Shown here: one piece after another, positions 62,196-64,000 of the stretch | Position numbering within the stretch: position 1 is the first letter of the stretch | Layout of the letters: each line of letters starts with the position of its first letter | Assembly (NCBI GenBank): GCA_013265495.1 | Contig: MU058636.1 | Coordinates: forward strand, 62,001-126,000 | Direction of reading: 5' to 3' | Length of the DNA stretch: 64,000 bases | DNA from: Vicugna vicugna | Lineage: Eukaryota | Program-made: the position numbers and the translations under genes | The notes under the pieces: model-generated | What the model was told of the DNA's origin: nothing | The model's database searches: none | What the model saw: the letters and a program-made list of their open reading frames with translations, nothing else

Positions 62196-62584
62196 TTATT
62201 TTTTTACAAGACAGCAAGCACAATAATACATACTTTTTGAGATAATCATTCTAAATTACAGGCTGCCTCTTCTCTAGATATAGGTTCCTAAAAGCTTAGT
62301 TATATATATTTTTAAAATACACTTTATTTAACTAATCAAGATATGCTAATGCCAACTGGACTAATGCACAGAAGAGCCAACAAAACAGCTAAACCCCAGG
62401 TAATGAAAATGGATCAATGTCACTGACAATCTGCAAATGCTCTGTATAGTTCTACAGATGGCCACAGGCATTTCATCCAACTTAGACAGCCAGCCTGAAA
62501 CTGTCCAGAATTCTGAAACTGACCTTCTGCACAAGACAAAAAAGTCAAAAAGGGCTGGTTACGTTATACGTACAAGAAAGGCCC

Positions 62585-63425
62585 AACTTCGGATCACTGC
62601 CACCACCGAACATGGGTAAGGATGTGGAGCTGCAGGGTCTCACCCGTTGCTGGTGGGAATGCACATGGTGCAGCCACTCTGGAAGACAGATCGGTTTCTT
62701 ACCAAACTGAACATACTCTTACCATGGAAGCCAGCAATCGTGCTCCTTGGTATTTACCGAAAAGATCTGAAAACCATCTCCACAAAAACCTGCACACAGA
62801 TGTTTATAGCAACTTTATTCATAACTGCCAACCCTGCCAACCTGGAGGCAACCCAAATGCGCTACAATAGGTGAGGGGATAAATAAACTGAGGTACATCC
62901 AGACAATGGAATATTACTCAGCGCTAAAACGAAAGAGCTATCAAGCCACGAGAAAATATGGAAGACCTCTAAATGTATATTACTAAGTGAAAGGCGGCAA
63001 TCTGAAAGGTGACACATGCCGTGACTCCTGCTACATGACACTCTGCAAGTGGGAGACCTCTGCAGACAGTGAAAAGATCAGCGGTTGCCAAGGGTTGGGG
63101 GAAGGGAAAGACTAACAGGCGGAGCTCAGAGGATTTTTAGGGCAGTGAAAACACTGTATGATGCTGTAAAGGCCACGTACTTTTGTCCAAGCCCACAGAA
63201 TGTACACCACCAAGCGTGAGCCCTAAGGTAAATGATGGACTTGGGTGACTGACCTGTCACTGGAAGTTCATCAGCTGTAACGAATGTACCGTCTGGTGGG
63301 GGACGCTGAGTGGGGAGGGCTGTGCGTGTGTGGGGCAGGGGGTACACAGGACATCTCTGGACCTTCCCTCCAACTTTGCTATGAACCTACAACTGCTCTA
63401 AAAAGAATAGTCTTAAAAAAAAAAA
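62585..63425 (+). mobile_element. Old L1 (L1MB/MC-like) 3' end
   Basis: ggtgcagccactctggaagac...caatggaatattactcagc...gaacctacaactgctctaaaa, followed by an A tail. Confidence 0.85.
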
Positions 63426-64000
63426 GAGGTTAACCTGACATTATCCCACACCTGCCCCCTACCAATTAAATATTTTTAAAAAAGGCCTTCCCACTCCCTT
63501 TATTTAGACAAGATTCCCTGAGCTACTTCGAGCCTAATGAACCTGCTCAAAATACCCCAAATAAAGTTACTCTTCTCTGCCAGTCATCCTCCCCGGTTCA
63601 CACTCAGCTCTGCCCCTGGAGGGTCGGTTCACCGTAGATGGGCCCACCCACTGGACACCGCCCTCCACCAACAAGCCGGTAAGGGCTCAGTGAAATGCTG
63701 ACTAAGGCCAGGAAGCGACAGGATCAAAAGGAAAACGTGACGACACCAATGCATCTGCTGAACCCGAGCCCACGACGCCCCCGTGAACACTTTTGTACAG
63801 AAAAACTGCTATTCATGAGCACCCTTTTGCAAACCGAGCTGCTCAAACCTCAGGGTGTGATGACAGGGGTGCGCAGCTCCACGCGCTCACAGGAGGGAAA
63901 GCCCCACCACAACCGGATCCCGTTTGTTTTTTAAAAAACAAATTCAAAGTAAAACACAGACATGTAATGGCCTTTTAAATAATATATGTAATAATGTATA

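Overview
Mammalian genomic DNA, most likely camelid (Camelus/Vicugna). This is inferred from about nine copies of a tRNA-Ala-derived SINE resembling vic-1 and from cetartiodactyl-type L1 3' ends. The only protein-coding gene I can support is the single-exon AMER2 (FAM123A) on the minus strand (CDS 23963-25819, crossing a 370-N assembly gap). It sits in a CpG island and probably has a ~7.4 kb 3' UTR ending near 16550. The rest is intergenic: SINEs, L1 fragments, ERV/MaLR LTRs, MIR/L2, a MER5-like DNA transposon, microsatellites and a near-perfect 258-bp tandem duplication. I found no evidence for a wholly new gene system. The most interesting signals are: (i) replacement of otherwise conserved residues in AMER-family motifs, including the APC-binding A2 segment; (ii) a strong local A/T->G/C substitution bias in repeats, suggesting GC-biased gene conversion that might also explain (i); (iii) layered post-transcriptional control of AMER2 (strong-Kozak uORF, weak first AUG, an intra-exon splice acceptor, and distal PUM/miRNA sites); (iv) a MER41-like LTR and a textbook twin-primed L1. 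Repeat family names and comparisons with human sequences are from recall and need RepeatMasker or alignment confirmation.
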